This document shows, one piece after another, positions 61,472 through 64,000 of a DNA stretch of 64,000 nt (positions are counted from its first letter, which is position 1; each line of letters begins with the position of its first letter). This stretch comes from Adineta vaga (taxonomy: Eukaryota > Animalia > Rotifera). The notes under the pieces were generated by a model. The model was not told where the DNA came from. It saw only the letters and a list, made by a program, of their open reading frames with translations, and did no database searches. Location: contig CP075495.1 of assembly GCA_021613535.1 (NCBI GenBank), positions 10,788,001 to 10,852,000 on the forward strand. Direction: 5' to 3'. The position numbers and the translations under genes were made by a program.

Positions 61472-64000
61472 ACCTGTTTCATTTTCAATCAGACTAAGGT
61501 GTCTGGATGTCACGCGAAAGAAATGAACAATCGAAAGAAGCAAATTTTCTTTTGCTAATACGAATGGAAATAGTTTTTTATGCAATGTATGCTCGTTGTT
61601 TCATCTAACCAATCTCGTAATGATTCACGTTTGATTAAACTCGTGCAATGTGTTAATTTAATTCGTCACATTACTGTATATTTGGTCTCGTTCTATCTTT
61701 GCACATGCGTAGATCTTCTTCCATTGTGCTTCGATAAATTCACGGATGTGCTTTCTTACTCTCCTGCTGATTTGATGGATTTTCTTTAACTTAGTGAGCC
61801 AAAAAGAAAAATGAGTCAATTTGAATCGATCGACGTATGACATACGATAAGTGTCCACTCAAGTGAAAAAAGAAATTGTATTGTTCATGGAATGAAACTG
61901 ATATGATACCTTGAAAATGCTTATTCTACTATTGTGCACACAAGTTGATGCTCATTTTCTCCTTCTTCTTCTTTTTTCTCTTTTCTAACGCGCTTTTTGT
62001 CGACTTCCTTCTTCAAGTACTAATTAAAGGAAAGAAGAATTGCCTATATGTGTATATGACTCAGGCGGAGAATCCTTCAAGATGGAATGCCGGTTGACGG
62101 AAACAACGCCTAGAGAATAAATAATTGAAGATGTTGCTAACAACCATCATCGCTATCATTGCGGTTGTTTGCTTCAATGCTTATCAACAAATGAATAAAA
62201 CGTATATTTAGAAGAGTAGTTCTATTCTTTTTCAATAAATATAATTGAACAACTACTTTCTATTTCAATACCAATGAAGAAACAAGACGTTTTAAATTTC
62301 TACTCTCATTCTCTCGTGTTTTTTTCACTATACTTATTTAATTTCAACACAATCAAATCACTGTTGCATATTTCTAAAACAAAGATATGTATTTAATTTC
62401 ACTTACGAGACAATCTCATTTCATTTTTGTTTTGTTAAATATTCGTCTCATATTACATTAATCATTTGTCAAAGAATGATGAAATAATCAAGAAGATTGA
62501 TTTAATATTCTCAACTAGATTTCGTGATAGATATAATTTGAATTAATTTATTCCAAGGAAATGTTCTTTTATTAATCAGATTAAGTCTTTTCTAACGTAA
62601 AATATTTTCCTGTTATTAAACGGAAGTTTATAAAGAAAAGTCCTTCTCTGATTATTCCAAGCAAATAAGGAAGTTATTCATCAAGAAAATAAAGTACTTC
62701 AGATGTCACTCATCGTTCGTTTTTTGTTCTATTGATGAAATTATGACAAAAAATGTATGTTGAAGTATATTATGATTAACTTGTTCAGTTTAAAATAGGA
62801 GACAAAAGTAATTCAGAATGTGTCACTCGTTTAATTAAATAGTTTAACATAAAAATGGTGAGAATATGCTAAGAAAATTCTTGAATAGAATATTTGATTT
62901 ATTATTATGGTAGATAGCGATTGATTATATTAGGTTTTAATATAACTTCCTCGAGGAAACTATCACATGAAAAACATAAATTGCATTGAAATCTCTTCAT
63001 CTATATCGACAAGACGGATCTGAATGATTTTGTACTTGAAAATTGTTTACATTAGATTCATCGATAGCTATTCTATATAACATTGAACTTATCTGATGTC
63101 TGGTTATAGATTTTCATGGTTTATCATAAGTAAAATCAATTTTATAATTATACTACTTTAAACTTCCATACTGTATTATCGATGTAAACTATTGAAATAT
63201 GTCAATAACTTCAGAAAGTTCTAAATAAGATGTAACACTTAACTTAGTTTCGAAATATTAGTCGTGTCAAATACACTAACAATGTTCTTAACCGTTTATT
63301 ATGGTTTTAACTTTGACAAGCAATTAAATCATTGTGTTTACATATTGTAACTTTGCTTCTGAAATCATATTACTGATTACAATGATGTATGCAATTCTAT
63401 TCAAATAGAATAGATGTTTATTTAACCTAGTAAATATACAATACCTTTGATATTTCATTGAAAATGCTTTACATCTATAATAATAAATTACTTATTCTTG
63501 ACAACGGTTGAAAAGATAAAAAAAAACAACAGTAATAATATTGGTTTCATTTTTCCATAGAAAATTGGTTGATAACAACAACATATGTATACAGTTGCAT
63601 TGAATGGTCGAAAGATATTTGAATATTTAGTTTGTAATTGTTGAATTGAAAAAATTTATTTTATATTCGTAGATTGAAATGAGACATCTGACAGTAAAGA
63701 AAACCAACAAAGTTGTTGATCATCATATGTTAACATTTTATCAAAAGTCTTATATATCGAAATGATAGTTTCTTCAAATCATCTTCATATGATGTATTAT
63801 TAGCTTAGAATAAATGAATGATATGTAGATTCTCTAAAATTAGTATTCATGAAAAATTGAGATTTTCGTTGACTGCGAAATTTATTGAAAAGTGTTACAC
63901 AAGAAAAAGTTTTTTTTCATAAATGAACGAAACATTTTTTTTTTGAAAAAATACTGTCATTTGGAAAACGATTGTCTTTATTTATTTACCACATTTACAT

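Noticed and set aside
59600-64000. Short ORFs upstream of the Ig gene
   Set aside because: No recognisable domains, TIRs, LTRs or RNA gene signatures; likely regulatory or intergenic.

Overview
AT-rich eukaryotic (animal) genomic DNA with many short (~45-70 nt) GT-AG introns. Gene style suggests a bdelloid rotifer or similar spiralian; this is inference only. About 17 intron-containing or single-exon genes were reconstructed by hand: PKA catalytic subunit, a SAMD3-like protein, SMAP ArfGAP, a K2P/TWiK K+ channel, METTL22-like (frameshifted), an orphan TM protein, a bacterial-type glycoside hydrolase, two divergent neuralized-like genes, an LRR receptor, an EF-hand/R-x-S repeat protein, a CD164/porimin-like mucin, Olig bHLH, POLD1, SWIM-RING, EARS2, COA4 and an IgLON/lachesin-like gene. 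There is also a probable GPCR pseudogene fragment. The main unexplained structures are: (1) an array of 5-7 phase-matched alternative ATG first exons hidden in the apparently empty 20-23.4 kb region upstream of the K2P channel; (2) three alternative first exons for PKA-C; (3) an operon-like run COA4-EARS2-SWIM/RING-POLD1 with 5, 116 and 102 nt spacers and unpaired splice acceptors; (4) a disordered protein with two isolated EF-hands flanking dozens of R-x-S-hydrophobic repeats. No rRNA, tRNA, CRISPR array or intact transposon was recognised. Exon boundaries were read manually and may be off by a few nt.
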